A DNA stretch of 64,000 nucleotides from an uncultured Methanosarcinaceae archaeon. Its GTDB lineage: Archaea; Halobacteriota; Methanosarcinia; Methanosarcinales; Methanosarcinaceae. The DNA lies in NCBI GenBank assembly GCA_963833425.1, contig CAWHXP010000007.1:192001-256000 (forward strand), written 5' to 3'. Position 1 is the stretch's first letter. Each line of letters starts with the position of its first letter. A program made the position numbers and the translations under genes. The notes below the pieces were generated by a model that saw nothing but the letters and a program-made list of their open reading frames with translations, had not been told where the DNA came from and searched no databases. This document shows, one piece after another, positions 48,901 to 60,447 of this stretch.

Positions 48901-50862
48901 GATGGTAACGTCGTAGAATGGGGTTTCGAGGATTTCAACCCGGATGGATTAAAGCTCCTCGGTTTGAAAAATATTGATGATGCCAAAGGAAAAGGGGGTC
49001 AGAAGTGCTCGGTTGTGAGACACCTTCATTCTATCTTCCCTTGATCGAGAAGGCTCGGCTGTCGAGTAAAGCTGTCATGTTTCAGTACCATAGCCCTTAC
49101 GTGGACAAGGAATTTTTCACATCTTATATTGTTCGTGGCGACCGCCTAATTTCCGCTCAGATGGACATCACAGAGCGTAAACAAATGGAAGATGTCCTAC
49201 GCGAGAGCGAAGCACAGCGTCAGGCTACCAAAGCTATCGACGATGAACGGCAGCAGCTCTTTGACGTGCTAGAGACTCTTCAGACAATGATATGCCTGTT
49301 GACACCTGATTATCATGTCGCTTTTGCCAACCGCGCTTTCCGCGAAAAGTTCGGTGAGTCTGACGGAAGATGCTGTTATGGATATCGTTTTGGACTCACA
49401 AAGCGGTGTGAGTTCAGCGAATCCTATAAAGTACTTGAAACCGGAAAACCCCATAATTGGATGTAGTATACAGGCTTTACATTGGAAGAAAGCTATGGCC
49501 ATGGTTGGAACAAGCCCTTTCACCCAGATGACCAAAAACGTGCTTGGAATGCCTGGCAAAATGCGGTGCACAACAACGGCCCTTATTCTCTTGAATGCCG
49601 GCAACACGGTGCAGACGGCTTCTATCGCTGGTGGCTGATTCGTGGAGTGCCATTCTTAAATGAGAGTGGAGCGATAGATAAGTGGTTCGGTACTTGTACA
49701 GACATCCACGAGATCAAGCAGGCTGAAGAAAAAATTAGGTTATCCAATATTTATAATCGTAGTTTGATCGAAGCTAGCTTGGATCCTTTAGTAACCATTG
49801 GTCATGATGGTAAAATTACTGATGTAAATGAAGCTGCAGAACAAGTTACTGGTTATTCACGGATGAGCTCATTGGTACCGACTTTACGAACTATTTCACT
49901 GAGCCTGAGAAGCTCAGAAAGGATATCAAGAAAATTTCACTGAGCCTGAGAAAGCTCAGAAAGGGTATCAAGAAGTGTTTAAGGAAAGATTTGTGTCGGA
50001 CTATGCGCTTGAAATTCAGCACAAAAATGGAAAAATAACACCAGTTTTATACAATTCTTCAATTTATATGGATGAATTTGGTGATGTTATTGGTATTTTC
50101 GCTGCAGCACGTGACATCACAGAGCAAAAAAAAGCAGAAGAAATTTTAAAGTTGAAATTAAAAGAACTTAACCGCTCAAATGAAGAATTAGAGCAATTAG
50201 CTTACGTTTCATCTCATGATTTACAAGAGCCCTTGAGGATGATTGCAAGCTATTTGCAGCTTTTACAAAGAAGATACGAGGGTAATCTTGATGGTAAGGC
50301 TGATAAGTACATCCACTTTGCAGTTGAAGGGGCTTGCCGTATGCAAAATCTAATATATGATCTTTTAGAGTTCTCTCGAGTGGCTAGAAATACTAGAGAA
50401 CCTGAGACCGTGAATTGTGAATTTATTTTGACTCAAGCATTATCCAATTTAAAATTGATGATAAGAGATAATAAAGCCACCGTATCTCAGGATCCTTTAC
50501 CTGATGTAATGGCAGATTCTACTCAGCTAGTTCAAGTATTTCAGAATATAATTATGAATGGAATAAAATTCCACGGTGATGAAGCACCAAAAATTCGTGT
50601 CTCTGCAGAGAAAAAAGCGAATGAATGGATATTTTTGGTTCAGGATAATGGAATTGGGATTGATACACAATATTTTAAGAAAATTTTTGAAATTGTTAAA
50701 AGATTGAATAAAAGGGAAGAATATTCTGGAACAGGAATAGGGCTTGCAATCTGAGGGCTTGCAATCTGTAAGAAAATTTTAGAAAGGAATGGTGAACATA
50801 TATGGGCAGAATCTGAATTGGGTAAAGGTTCAACTTTTTATTTCACTCTACCAATCAATTAA
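45964..50862 (+). pseudogene. Large multi-GAF/PAS histidine kinase, heavily disrupted
   Basis: GAF (HPQLTSFLGVPL), many PAS/PAC units (WFGTNTDITE, DITERK), HisKA SHDLQEPLR and HATPase DNGIGI..GTGIGL. It has many stops and frameshifts, and the start is approximate. Confidence 0.9.
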
Positions 50863-51677
50863 TCGAAGTTCAGAGACTAAATTATAGCACATAATAAATG
50901 ATCACTGCTGTAGAAAAAAATGATCTCAAAAACTTATGTGCAGTCCTGAAATAATAATAGTCGCAGCTGTGGTTTCAGAGAAGGCTGTGACGCCTTCCAC
51001 ACACATGCACTTGTACAGACGCTCTTTACATATACAAAAAAATCACAACATATATATTGAAGAAACAAGATTATATTTTTTCCACTAGAAATCCCTTGTT
51101 TTGAATTTACTATATATGTTCTATTAATGATTAGGTTCTTATAATTTTTGTGAATCTATCTTTAATTAGCTCATAATAGTAGAATAATTAAGTTAGCTTG
51201 TTTATGAAATTAATAATTTCCTTATTTGGCTTACACTATTTTAATGAGTTTCCATCCTCAATATTAGAGTTTTATCATAAAAAATACATTTTTGATGTCT
51301 TTATATTTAATCGAATACAAGTGAGAATTTATAACTTACTCAGGTCACTATTAACCTTTTTGTATAGGCTTTACCACTTTATAGAAGCCAGATAACATTT
51401 CTGCATATAGAAATATTTTTATATGTTTACCTCATTTCTCGAAAGAGGATTAAAAGGATTTCTAATCTAAAAAAGAAATTGTAGATAAATTGTCATTTGA
51501 TTCCTGATTGATTTAGTTCCAGAAAATATTAGAAACATAACCTTTCATATTTTTAGAGTGATACGGATTATTATGTACGGTTCAAAATGTCAACTAACCG
51601 ATCGAGATATTTCTACGAAGGAAAGTCCGCCCGTCTATCAGTCGGCTAATTTTATCCCAGAAAATTACGGATGTGAC

Positions 51678-52622
51678 ATGCTCGATCTATCGATTATCAT
51701 TCCAGTACATAATGAAGAAGAAAACATAGTTCCGCTATATGAGAAATTGTACTGCACTCTTTCAGGACTTGAAATAACACATGAGATCATTTTTATTGAC
51801 GATGGATCTACAGATAATACTTTCAAGGAAATAAAGTCAATTAGAGATAATCGGATAAGAATAATAAGGTTCCAGCGAAATTTTGGAAAAGCTGCAGCTC
51901 TTTCCTGTGGGTTCAACAAGTCAAAAGGAGAAGTTGTAATTACTATGGATGGGGACTTGCAGGACGATCCAAAAGAAATTCCAAAATTTCTTGAAAAATT
52001 AAAAGAATTTGATATGGTTTCGGGTTGGAAAAGCAAAAGATATGATCCTGTTTCAAAGACACTTCCTTCTAGATTCTTCAACAGATTAACTAGTTGTGTT
52101 ACAAGAATCAAAATTAATGATTTCAATTGTGGATACAAGGGATATAGAAGTGATGTTGTAAAGAATATCAACTTATATGGAGAGTTTCACAGATATATTC
52201 CAGTTTTAGCCGATTGGAAAGGTTACACTGTTGGAGAAGTAAAAGTTGAACATCATCCAAGAATTCACGGAAAATCAAAATATGGAATTGAAAGAATTCT
52301 TAAAGGGTTTTTGGACTTAATCACAGTTACATTTCTAATGCTGTACAAAAAAAGACCGCTGCATATTTTTGGAGGGGTAGGTCTCTTACTGGGATTTGTA
52401 GGAATATTAATATCCGGATATTTGTTCTTGTTATGGATTGTAGGTGCGAAGATAGGGGATAGACCTCTTCTCAGTTTAGGAATATTACTTACAGTTATAG
52501 GAGTTCAATTTATATCGATGGGATTAATAGGAGAACTGATCACAAATTCCAGGAACAACGACGATTACATCATAAAGTTTGATAGTCATGAATTGGAAAA
52601 CAGTATGCAAAATCGGAGTTAG
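51678..52622 (+). CDS. GT2 polyprenol-phosphate glycosyltransferase (DPM1/ArnC/GtrB-like) with two C-terminal TM helices
   Basis: IIPVHNEE, IDDGSTD, RNFGKAAAL, MDGDLQDDP and DFNCG. Confidence 0.9.
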   Translation: MLDLSIIIPVHNEEENIVPLYEKLYCTLSGLEITHEIIFIDDGSTDNTFKEIKSIRDNRIRIIRFQRNFGKAAALSCGFNKSKGEVVITMDGDLQDDPKEIPKFLEKLKEFDMVSGWKSKRYDPVSKTLPSRFFNRLTSCVTRIKINDFNCGYKGYRSDVVKNINLYGEFHRYIPVLADWKGYTVGEVKVEHHPRIHGKSKYGIERILKGFLDLITVTFLMLYKKRPLHIFGGVGLLLGFVGILISGYLFLLWIVGAKIGDRPLLSLGILLTVIGVQFISMGLIGELITNSRNNDDYIIKFDSHELENSMQNRS

Positions 52623-53502
52623 TCTGGGACTAATAATATATCTTATAAGTAAACTGGATATAAAGGCTATATATGAAGCCTTCGGTAAAATGGATATATT
52701 TTTACTTTCTTTCTCTCTACCTTTTATTGTTGTCATGTATTTGATAAAAGCAAGAAAGTGGCAGGCTTTACTTAACTGCATTGACATCGAAATTTCGATG
52801 CGTAAGTCACTGGAAATTGTTCTGATTGGTACTTTCTATGGAGCGATTACTCCAGGCAGAGCCGGAGAAGTCTCAAGAGCTTTTTATTTAAGTTCTGATA
52901 GCTCAAGAAGCATACCAACAATTATAATGGATAGAATTATAGACATTATCTGTCTTCTGTTATTGAGTACACTCTCAATAGCTTTCGTTTTTAAAGACCG
53001 GAATTTAATTTATCTGACGGCTCTAGCTATGGCACCTTTCATTGCTGGAATTATTCTGATTACAAACGAAAAATTTGTATCGTTTATATTTAAAAAAATT
53101 TCTAAAAGTCTAGAATATAAAGAGAATTATATAAGAACCATTAGAGAAATTACTAAGAATAAAAAAGTTTTGATTTTCGTTTTTTTAATGACCATTGGGT
53201 ATTATTTAGTAAACATTGTTGTTTATTGGGTAGTAATTAAATCATTAAGTTTAGCTTTAAACAATATACTCGTATTTTCTCTGCCAATAATTATAGTTTT
53301 GGGCAATTTCCCGATATCGATATCAGGGTTCGGAGTCAGAGAGTTTGTGAGTGTAACAATCTTCAATTTGCTGAATGAGAACTCAGAATATGGTTTTTCC
53401 TGTTCTGTAATTCTCTACTTATTGACAATTTTATCTCCTGCTTTATTTGGATTTTTGCTTACTTTGAAACAGAACCTTAAACCAAGCTGTATTTTTCAGT
53501 GA
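52588..53502 (+). CDS. Lysylphosphatidylglycerol-synthase-TM / UPF0104 flippase-like membrane protein
   Basis: ARKW, TPGRAGE, MDRIID and PISISGFGVRE; multi-pass; overlaps the GT2 gene. Confidence 0.88.
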   Translation: MNWKTVCKIGVSLGLIIYLISKLDIKAIYEAFGKMDIFLLSFSLPFIVVMYLIKARKWQALLNCIDIEISMRKSLEIVLIGTFYGAITPGRAGEVSRAFYLSSDSSRSIPTIIMDRIIDIICLLLLSTLSIAFVFKDRNLIYLTALAMAPFIAGIILITNEKFVSFIFKKISKSLEYKENYIRTIREITKNKKVLIFVFLMTIGYYLVNIVVYWVVIKSLSLALNNILVFSLPIIIVLGNFPISISGFGVREFVSVTIFNLLNENSEYGFSCSVILYLLTILSPALFGFLLTLKQNLKPSCIFQ

Positions 53503-53630
53503 TATTGTTCAAAAAGAAATCAAGAAATGATGTGAATTACAAACCATCAAACATAAATTTTAAAAGTTATTTGGAACTATTAAATATAAAATAATTTCAA
53601 AATAAATCCATATAATTGATGATAATTTAA

Positions 53631-54210
53631 ATGAATAACTATCAGAGTAGAAATTATAAATAAATACAACTCTAAAAATTCGCTTCTGTAGAGTCATTCA
53701 TAACTTTATTAAAAACTTAAAAGAAATTATGGTCTCATTTGGATTCGTAAATGAGACCATAGGTACAGGTGTAGCGAAGGTATTGTCATAAATTGTCTAG
53801 TTCTGCCATATTGACGGATGTTTATATTTCCAAAAGTGCACTAAAAATTGCAAAAGACTCAAATTCAAAATGTAAATTGTGCAACGGAAGTGTATATGAT
53901 TTCTATTCAGAAAGAGCAGTTTTGACCTTGTAATCTCAACAGAATTGCTGACCATCTTAAAAAGCCGAATTCGACCCTCAAGGAAATTAGAAAAGCATCT
54001 AAAATTATTGCATATCCAGTTATCTAAAGAGCCTTATTTTCAGACAACTAAATTTGGAGAGGTAATAATTTGATACCTCTTGAGAAAGACATTGAAAATA
54101 TTCAAAATTTGAATTTAAGGGAATTCGAGCGATTAATAAATACCACTTAATTGTATTGGAAATTCGAAAACTTTCCCTGAAATGCGATATTGTTCAAAAA
54201 CGAAAATAAT
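53631..54210 (+). pseudogene. Class I SAM-dependent methyltransferase pseudogene
   Basis: Stitched fragments CSEG, ISKSALKIAK, GSVYD, SFDLVISTELL.HLKKP..TLKEI and EPYF; many lesions. Confidence 0.65.
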
Positions 54211-54428
54211 GAAAAGATAAATAAGACAGTCAATTAAATATTGCAAATTTGCAGGTTCATTTGAAATCAGATCCGAATCGAGGAGTGAATTAATGGAATT
54301 AAATGTTCAGAGAAATAATTACAGAGGTGTAGAGCACCAACACAATTAAATATTTGTAATTGTTCTTTTGATATCTGTATCAAATTCATTTGTTCTGACT
54401 CTTTATACTCTTATTTCGGAGAGGTAAA

Positions 54429-56657
54429 ATGGTAGTCGATACCCAAAAAAATGAAGAACAAAAAAAATGCCCAATTGAAAAATGGATATCGTATTTAAAA
54501 AGGCAAGATTTAAAAGAACATATTGAAATTTTAATCCTATATACTTTATTAACCTTTATATTCACTTATCCTGTAATTTTTAAAATAGGGACATTTATTC
54601 CGGGAAGTGGTGATGCATTTCAGTGGATGAGAACACTTTGGTATACACCAGTAGCTATATTCAATCCGACTCTCACAAAATTAACACATGATTACTTAAT
54701 ATTCCATCCCTATGGAATACCTTCATTACCTTTTCAATCTGCATTTAACCAAGTCGTTTCATACGTATTGTCTATTATTGTTGATATAGATGTAGGATAT
54801 ACTCTATTATGGCTATTCTCATTTATTTTTGGAGCGTATGGCACATATTTACTTGTTAATAATCTATCTAATAACAAATATTCATCATTCATAGCCGGAC
54901 TTGTGTTTGCGTTTTCGCCATTTCATTTTGCACATGCTGCTGGTCATTTGGGAGCAACCAGTATCGAGTGGATACCCTTTTGTGCTCTTTATTTAATGAA
55001 AATGTTTAAAGAGGGAGGGGGGCGAAATAGTTTTTTTGCAGGAATATTCTTCATTCTTGTAGCTATGAGCGACCTTCAATACATGATGTTCATGGGAATT
55101 TTCGTAATGTTATTGTTTTTGTATGAAATCTACACCTTTTCAAGAAATGAGAAAAAAAATTGTAAAGAAAGTTTGGTACGAATATATTATAAGTACTCAT
55201 TATTTGGAGCAATTTCACTCTGTGGTTTAATACCCCTCACGTTAGGCGATATTATTATAAATGGTGCTAATAATAACTTTTTAAAATTAGACCCTTTTGA
55301 GTCTGTTACTTTCTCAACTGATTTTTTGAGTTTTTTTCTTCCACCTTTTTTACATCCCTTATTTGGGAATGTTACGAAGGGTATTTACCACGACATATAT
55401 TCAAACACAAGTGAGCGTACAACTTATATTGGATACATCGTCATATTACTCTCTTTGTTCGCGATTCGTAGACTAAAAGAAAACAAATATGTAAAATTTT
55501 GGTCAATTGCTGCGTTGCTTTTTTCGTTACTTAGTCTTGGTCCACTTCTTCGCGTAAAAGGTAACACATCGTTTACAGTGTTCCATACTTCGATTCCTCT
55601 TCCATATTTAGGCTTGTATTATATAATCCCATTTCTAGACAATTGTAGAACGACTGGGAGGTTTTTTGTAATTGCTTCACTCTCATTCGCAGTTTTGGCC
55701 GGTTATGGAATTTCAGAAGTTTTAAAGACCATCAATACTAATAAAAAAATAGTTGCAATTGTAATAAGTAGTTTGATAATTTTTGAATATTTAGCGATTC
55801 CTTTCCCAGTATCAGCTGTCAACAAACCATTATTTTATAAAGAGATCTCACAAGATAAAGATAATTATGCCCTACTTGAAATACCTGCGACTTTACGCTA
55901 TAGTGCAAGTGGTGAGATCATTTATTACCAAACAATACATGGAAAACCCGTTGTCGGTAACTGGGCTGCTAGAATGCCAGCAAATGCGAGAAACTTTGAA
56001 TTAAATACACCTGTCATAAAAGAATTAACTTATTTACATCCCTATGCTGCTGATATCCTGAACCAAGATATGAATCAAATTGGAGTATCCATTTTCAATT
56101 ATTATAATATACCATATATTATTTTGCATAAAAATTATATGAATGATACACAAGTCAATTTTGCCGAGACATTCATACAAAAAACACTCAACACAGAAAG
56201 AAAAATGTATGAAAACGATTCTCTAATTGTATATCATGTAAAAAAAGAGGTTATAAAACCATTCATGATTTTAAAAGATAATTGGTATGATACAGAAGAA
56301 TGGAATGGAGTTCCAACAAGGTGGATAGCAAGCAATGCCAACCTTTTAGTTTATTCAGGCGAAAATCATCATGTAAGATTACTTTTTAATGCAACAAGTT
56401 TTGATCATGCTAGAAATTTAAGTATCATTAGTGAAAACTCGTCAATTTCTACGATAAAGGTACCTACTGACTTGAAATCCAGAACTTTCAGTTTTGAGAC
56501 CCCAGTGAAATTGCATAAAGGTGAAAACCTCATTAGTTTTCAAGTGATGGATGGATCTGATAGACCGTGCGATATCCCAACATTAAATTTCCCTGATCCT
56601 CGAAATCTAGGTGTAGCAATACAAAATATAACACTTGTTAACTTTTCAGCATCTTAA
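54429..56657 (+). CDS. GT-C-fold multipass membrane glycosyltransferase (YfhO-like) with extracellular C-terminal domain
   Basis: First loop with GDAFQW, AGLVFAFSPFH, YIG, RTTGRF and YYQTIHGKP; many TM segments followed by a soluble tail. Confidence 0.75.
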   Translation: MVVDTQKNEEQKKCPIEKWISYLKRQDLKEHIEILILYTLLTFIFTYPVIFKIGTFIPGSGDAFQWMRTLWYTPVAIFNPTLTKLTHDYLIFHPYGIPSLPFQSAFNQVVSYVLSIIVDIDVGYTLLWLFSFIFGAYGTYLLVNNLSNNKYSSFIAGLVFAFSPFHFAHAAGHLGATSIEWIPFCALYLMKMFKEGGGRNSFFAGIFFILVAMSDLQYMMFMGIFVMLLFLYEIYTFSRNEKKNCKESLVRIYYKYSLFGAISLCGLIPLTLGDIIINGANNNFLKLDPFESVTFSTDFLSFFLPPFLHPLFGNVTKGIYHDIYSNTSERTTYIGYIVILLSLFAIRRLKENKYVKFWSIAALLFSLLSLGPLLRVKGNTSFTVFHTSIPLPYLGLYYIIPFLDNCRTTGRFFVIASLSFAVLAGYGISEVLKTINTNKKIVAIVISSLIIFEYLAIPFPVSAVNKPLFYKEISQDKDNYALLEIPATLRYSASGEIIYYQTIHGKPVVGNWAARMPANARNFELNTPVIKELTYLHPYAADILNQDMNQIGVSIFNYYNIPYIILHKNYMNDTQVNFAETFIQKTLNTERKMYENDSLIVYHVKKEVIKPFMILKDNWYDTEEWNGVPTRWIASNANLLVYSGENHHVRLLFNATSFDHARNLSIISENSSISTIKVPTDLKSRTFSFETPVKLHKGENLISFQVMDGSDRPCDIPTLNFPDPRNLGVAIQNITLVNFSAS

Positions 56658-56877
56658 AAAGGATCTATTGATTTCAATTAAATCATAGCCTAGAATGGCA
56701 ATCTACCAAAAGTTCGGTCAAATATGATAGACTCTGTATCCTTTTTCTTTCACTACAAATATCCATATAATCGTTTTGGTATGGTGGCAGGAAAAAGATC
56801 CATCCTGAGTCGGATTTTACAGACATCTCGATACACCGCCAAGTTTATCAAAAAAAGAGAAAAAATTCACCTAATTT

Positions 56878-57385
56878 GGATCTAAATTTATTATTCTTTT
56901 AAAATTGAAGAGAAGTGAAAAAACTAAAGTTCGGTTCTCTGTACAATGGTTGTTTTTGTATCCTGGTTTATTCTATATAACAAATATGAATCGGAATTCT
57001 CAATGAAAAATTTTTATAAAAAAATTTATGGCTACACTTATACCCTATCTTATTCCCTCAGTACTCTATTGCGTATTGAATACACAATTAAATTTAACTT
57101 CCAGTCTTAACATAAATTCAGTAATCTCTAACACTTTTAATTTTCAACGCATCGGATCAGTTTTGATTTATTTGCTCACATTAACATTTGATATTTTTTT
57201 ATCCAATTATTGTTACTTACTACGAAATTATAAAAATTCGTTTTGGGATTTACACATTTAATGCACTTTTTTATCCATATCAACCATGTATATCTTAGTA
57301 TCGTTTATACATTCATTCAGAACGATGCTCAAAATTTAGTTTAAGTATTTGCTGTACTTTTTATTCGGGATATATAAAAACTAGA
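56878..57385 (+). pseudogene. Partial decayed duplicate of the acyltransferase at 59323
   Basis: TLIPYLIPSVLYCVLNTQLNLTSSLNINS versus TLIPYLIFSVLYCIVNTQLGLTSNLNINS; the upstream non-coding sequence is also duplicated. Confidence 0.85.
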
Positions 57386-57544
57386 ATTATTAACTAATAT
57401 TACATCCTGCGTTTTTTTACAAATATTTCTAAATTAAATAATGTCCGATTTAAATGAATCCACAATTTGTATGTCTAAGTTTACAGGCTTGTGGGGGGTT
57501 CCCACATTTAGCCGGCTGATAGAGATTTGACGAAATAAAATCCT

Positions 57545-58846
57545 TCAACTAAAAGTTTTTGAAATATTTAAGAAAATAGAAAATATATATATATAAATTA
57601 CGGTTGTTGACAACAAAAACATCTGGTTTTTTACATTACTCACTAGGTGCTTATAAGTCCATCTTCCAAACAAAAATGTACTACACGTTTCATTAAGAGA
57701 AAGGATTAACGAACAAATAAGTGAAGTTGATAAAATTATCATTGTTCCGCTTAATATAATTAAGGTTCGATCTCCAAACCAAAAATTAATCCGAGATAAC
57801 TGAAAAAGAAGCATCAAAGCATTTGAAGTAACATAAATTTCTAACGAAAAATTTCCACACAAAACAAAAAAATCGTAAAGTCTTGTGTTCCTTAATAATC
57901 TGACAACATAATATGATAATATTATTCCAAATAAAGCTAATATAAAATTAATTAATAAATGAATGATTCCTACATATGCAAACTGATTTACCCTTATATC
58001 CCAAAAAGGTAACAATATAGGGAATGAAAACAATGAAATTAAAAATAGTTTATTTTTATAGTTGAATATATATTCTTTATATTCAGCAATGAAATATCCA
58101 ATTAAAACAAATGGAGAAAACCACCGAATGGCTAGAAAACCCTGAACAGTTGGTTTAGCAATCAATATCCACATGAAGATTATATAGCTAAATAAATAAA
58201 CTAAGATCGAAAAATAATTTTTAGAGAATTTTGATAAAAAATTTACTGTCCACACATAAAATATTAAAAGAATAAATGAAAAAAAAAGAACTGGAAAAAA
58301 CCATAAATTTGTGTAGGTGTATAAACTTTCAAAAATTGTGTGGAAAATACTTTGTTTTATTCCAAAAGAATCAGCAATTAATAATCCAATAATGATCCAG
58401 CTAAAATATGGTATAAATAAACCTTTAAATTTTTTTACAATAAATGCCCAAATAGGATTAATGGATTTACCGTATGCAAGATAACCACTTAATGAAAGTA
58501 GTAAAGGCATATGGAAAGAATAAATTAAAATAAATAAAAAATTGGATTTAAGCTCATTTGGATTATGATAAGCTATAACATGTCCTAATATCACAAGAAT
58601 TATTGCATAACCCTTTAAAGCATCGATAATATCAATTCTTTTAAAGCCACTGTAATTTTTAATTTGTTCAGTGGGTCCTATATGCGTTAAATTATTAATT
58701 TGAGGTATACTTATTTGAGTTATAGTTTGATTTTCATCTGTCAAGAAAGCACCTTCAATGGCTATATCACTTGTACTAGGCAGTAGCATAACCGTAGAAA
58801 ATCGTTGATCGCCTAGATTCGTAGCATACAATTTTAGAGTAGACAT
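57545..58846 (-). CDS. Acyltransferase-3 (OafA/NolL-like) membrane protein
   Basis: IDALKGYAIILVILGH, YSFHMPL..SGY, LWF and SLEIY. Confidence 0.88.
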   Translation of the reverse strand: MSTLKLYATNLGDQRFSTVMLLPSTSDIAIEGAFLTDENQTITQISIPQINNLTHIGPTEQIKNYSGFKRIDIIDALKGYAIILVILGHVIAYHNPNELKSNFLFILIYSFHMPLLLSLSGYLAYGKSINPIWAFIVKKFKGLFIPYFSWIIIGLLIADSFGIKQSIFHTIFESLYTYTNLWFFPVLFFSFILLIFYVWTVNFLSKFSKNYFSILVYLFSYIIFMWILIAKPTVQGFLAIRWFSPFVLIGYFIAEYKEYIFNYKNKLFLISLFSFPILLPFWDIRVNQFAYVGIIHLLINFILALFGIILSYYVVRLLRNTRLYDFFVLCGNFSLEIYVTSNALMLLFQLSRINFWFGDRTLIILSGTMIILSTSLICSLILSLNETCSTFLFGRWTYKHLVSNVKNQMFLLSTTVIYIYIFSIFLNISKTFS

Positions 58847-59322
58847 ATAAATAATTATTGGGATGTATGCCTCACTTTAAATTTTACAATACAAGGAAAA
58901 TAAAAAAGTTTTTATTATCAAAATCTCATAAGTGCTTAAATTTTTTTTAAAGTACTAATGTTCTTTTTGCCCTAATATTACCTTAATATCTTATTAAAGG
59001 CATAAATCCTAGACATTTAATTTCAAACATTTATATATTTTGTAGATGGATTAAGGATAATCATTAAGATCTTCCACTCTCTCTATCTATATTTGAAATT
59101 TGCCCAGCCATGTCAAAGGCTGCGGAGTTTAGCAACAACATGAAAGACTAAAAGATATGTTGAAGTAAACCTTAGCGAAAAGAAATAAAATAAAAGAACT
59201 CAATTAATGTGGATCTCATTTTATTATTCTTTTAAATTTGAAGAAAAAGCTATATAGTCTAAAAAAGATTATAATGATATTCATTCAAATTCCCTTTGTA
59301 TAACTGAAAATTTAAAGGCAGT

Positions 59323-60447
59323 ATGATTAGATTGGTTTTTGAAGGAGAATTTATTTTGATTAAACCTTCTAATAATTGGTTTGGTGAAATTAATTATTTG
59401 CGCGCTATGGCTATTATAGGAGTGCTTATTATACATTGCACCGATCACATAGGTGCAGTATATAAATTAAACGGAATGACTTTTTCCCTTATTTATATTG
59501 AAGAGTTGGTTCGGTTCGCTGTACCAATGTTTGTTTTTATATCCGGGTTTGCTCTATATAATAAGTATAAATCAGAATTACCAATGAAAGATTTTTATAA
59601 AAAAAGATTTATGGGTACACTTATTCCATACCTCATTTTTTCAGTACTCTATTGTATAGTGAATACACAATTAGGTTTAACTTCCAACCTTAACATAAAT
59701 TCAATAATCTCTAGCATTTTTAATTTCAATGCTTCGGGTCAGTTTTGGTTTATTCGCCTCATATTAGCATTTTATATTTTTTATCCTGCCATCGTAGCTT
59801 ACTACGAAATTATAAAAGATCGTTTTGGAATTTACACGCTTACTGCACTTTTTTTATCCATATTAATAGCGTATCTCTTCGTAGCGTTTATACCTTCATT
59901 CAGGATGGCACTCGTTAAGTATTTGATATACTTCCTATTTGGGATATATGTAAACGACAATTATGAACAAATATGCCGAAGTTTGGAAAGAATTTCGATG
60001 AAAAAAATTATACTATTGAGCATTTTAATTTTAGGCCTTCCACTCTTTTCTATGCTTTATTATGTAGATGCAAGATGCGGCACACAATTCTCAACTTCAA
60101 TTCCATATTATTACCAACTGGCATTGATAAGTGCAAATATACTACATTTATCAATATTTCTTTTTTGTTTGCATCAGTTGTTAGTATACAAGCCCAATAT
60201 CGAAATATTGCAAAAAATAGGAGAATATTCTTATGGAATATTTTTAGTTCATGCGTTTTTTCTTAATTTCTTTACTTCATACATATTCCCTCGATTTTCT
60301 ATTTTTGCTACAAGCTTAAATTTCTACATCATTTTATTTACAGTAATGCTAACAATGAGTTATTTTACGGTTAAACTGATGCTAAGCAACTGCTTTACAA
60401 CTTACATGATTACAGGAAAATTAAAACATGATCAGCACTTAGGTTAG
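59323..60447 (+). CDS. Acyltransferase-3 family membrane protein
   Basis: LRAMAIIGVLIIH, FAVPMFVFISGF, FWFI and SYGIFLVH. Confidence 0.9.
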   Translation: MIRLVFEGEFILIKPSNNWFGEINYLRAMAIIGVLIIHCTDHIGAVYKLNGMTFSLIYIEELVRFAVPMFVFISGFALYNKYKSELPMKDFYKKRFMGTLIPYLIFSVLYCIVNTQLGLTSNLNINSIISSIFNFNASGQFWFIRLILAFYIFYPAIVAYYEIIKDRFGIYTLTALFLSILIAYLFVAFIPSFRMALVKYLIYFLFGIYVNDNYEQICRSLERISMKKIILLSILILGLPLFSMLYYVDARCGTQFSTSIPYYYQLALISANILHLSIFLFCLHQLLVYKPNIEILQKIGEYSYGIFLVHAFFLNFFTSYIFPRFSIFATSLNFYIILFTVMLTMSYFTVKLMLSNCFTTYMITGKLKHDQHLG

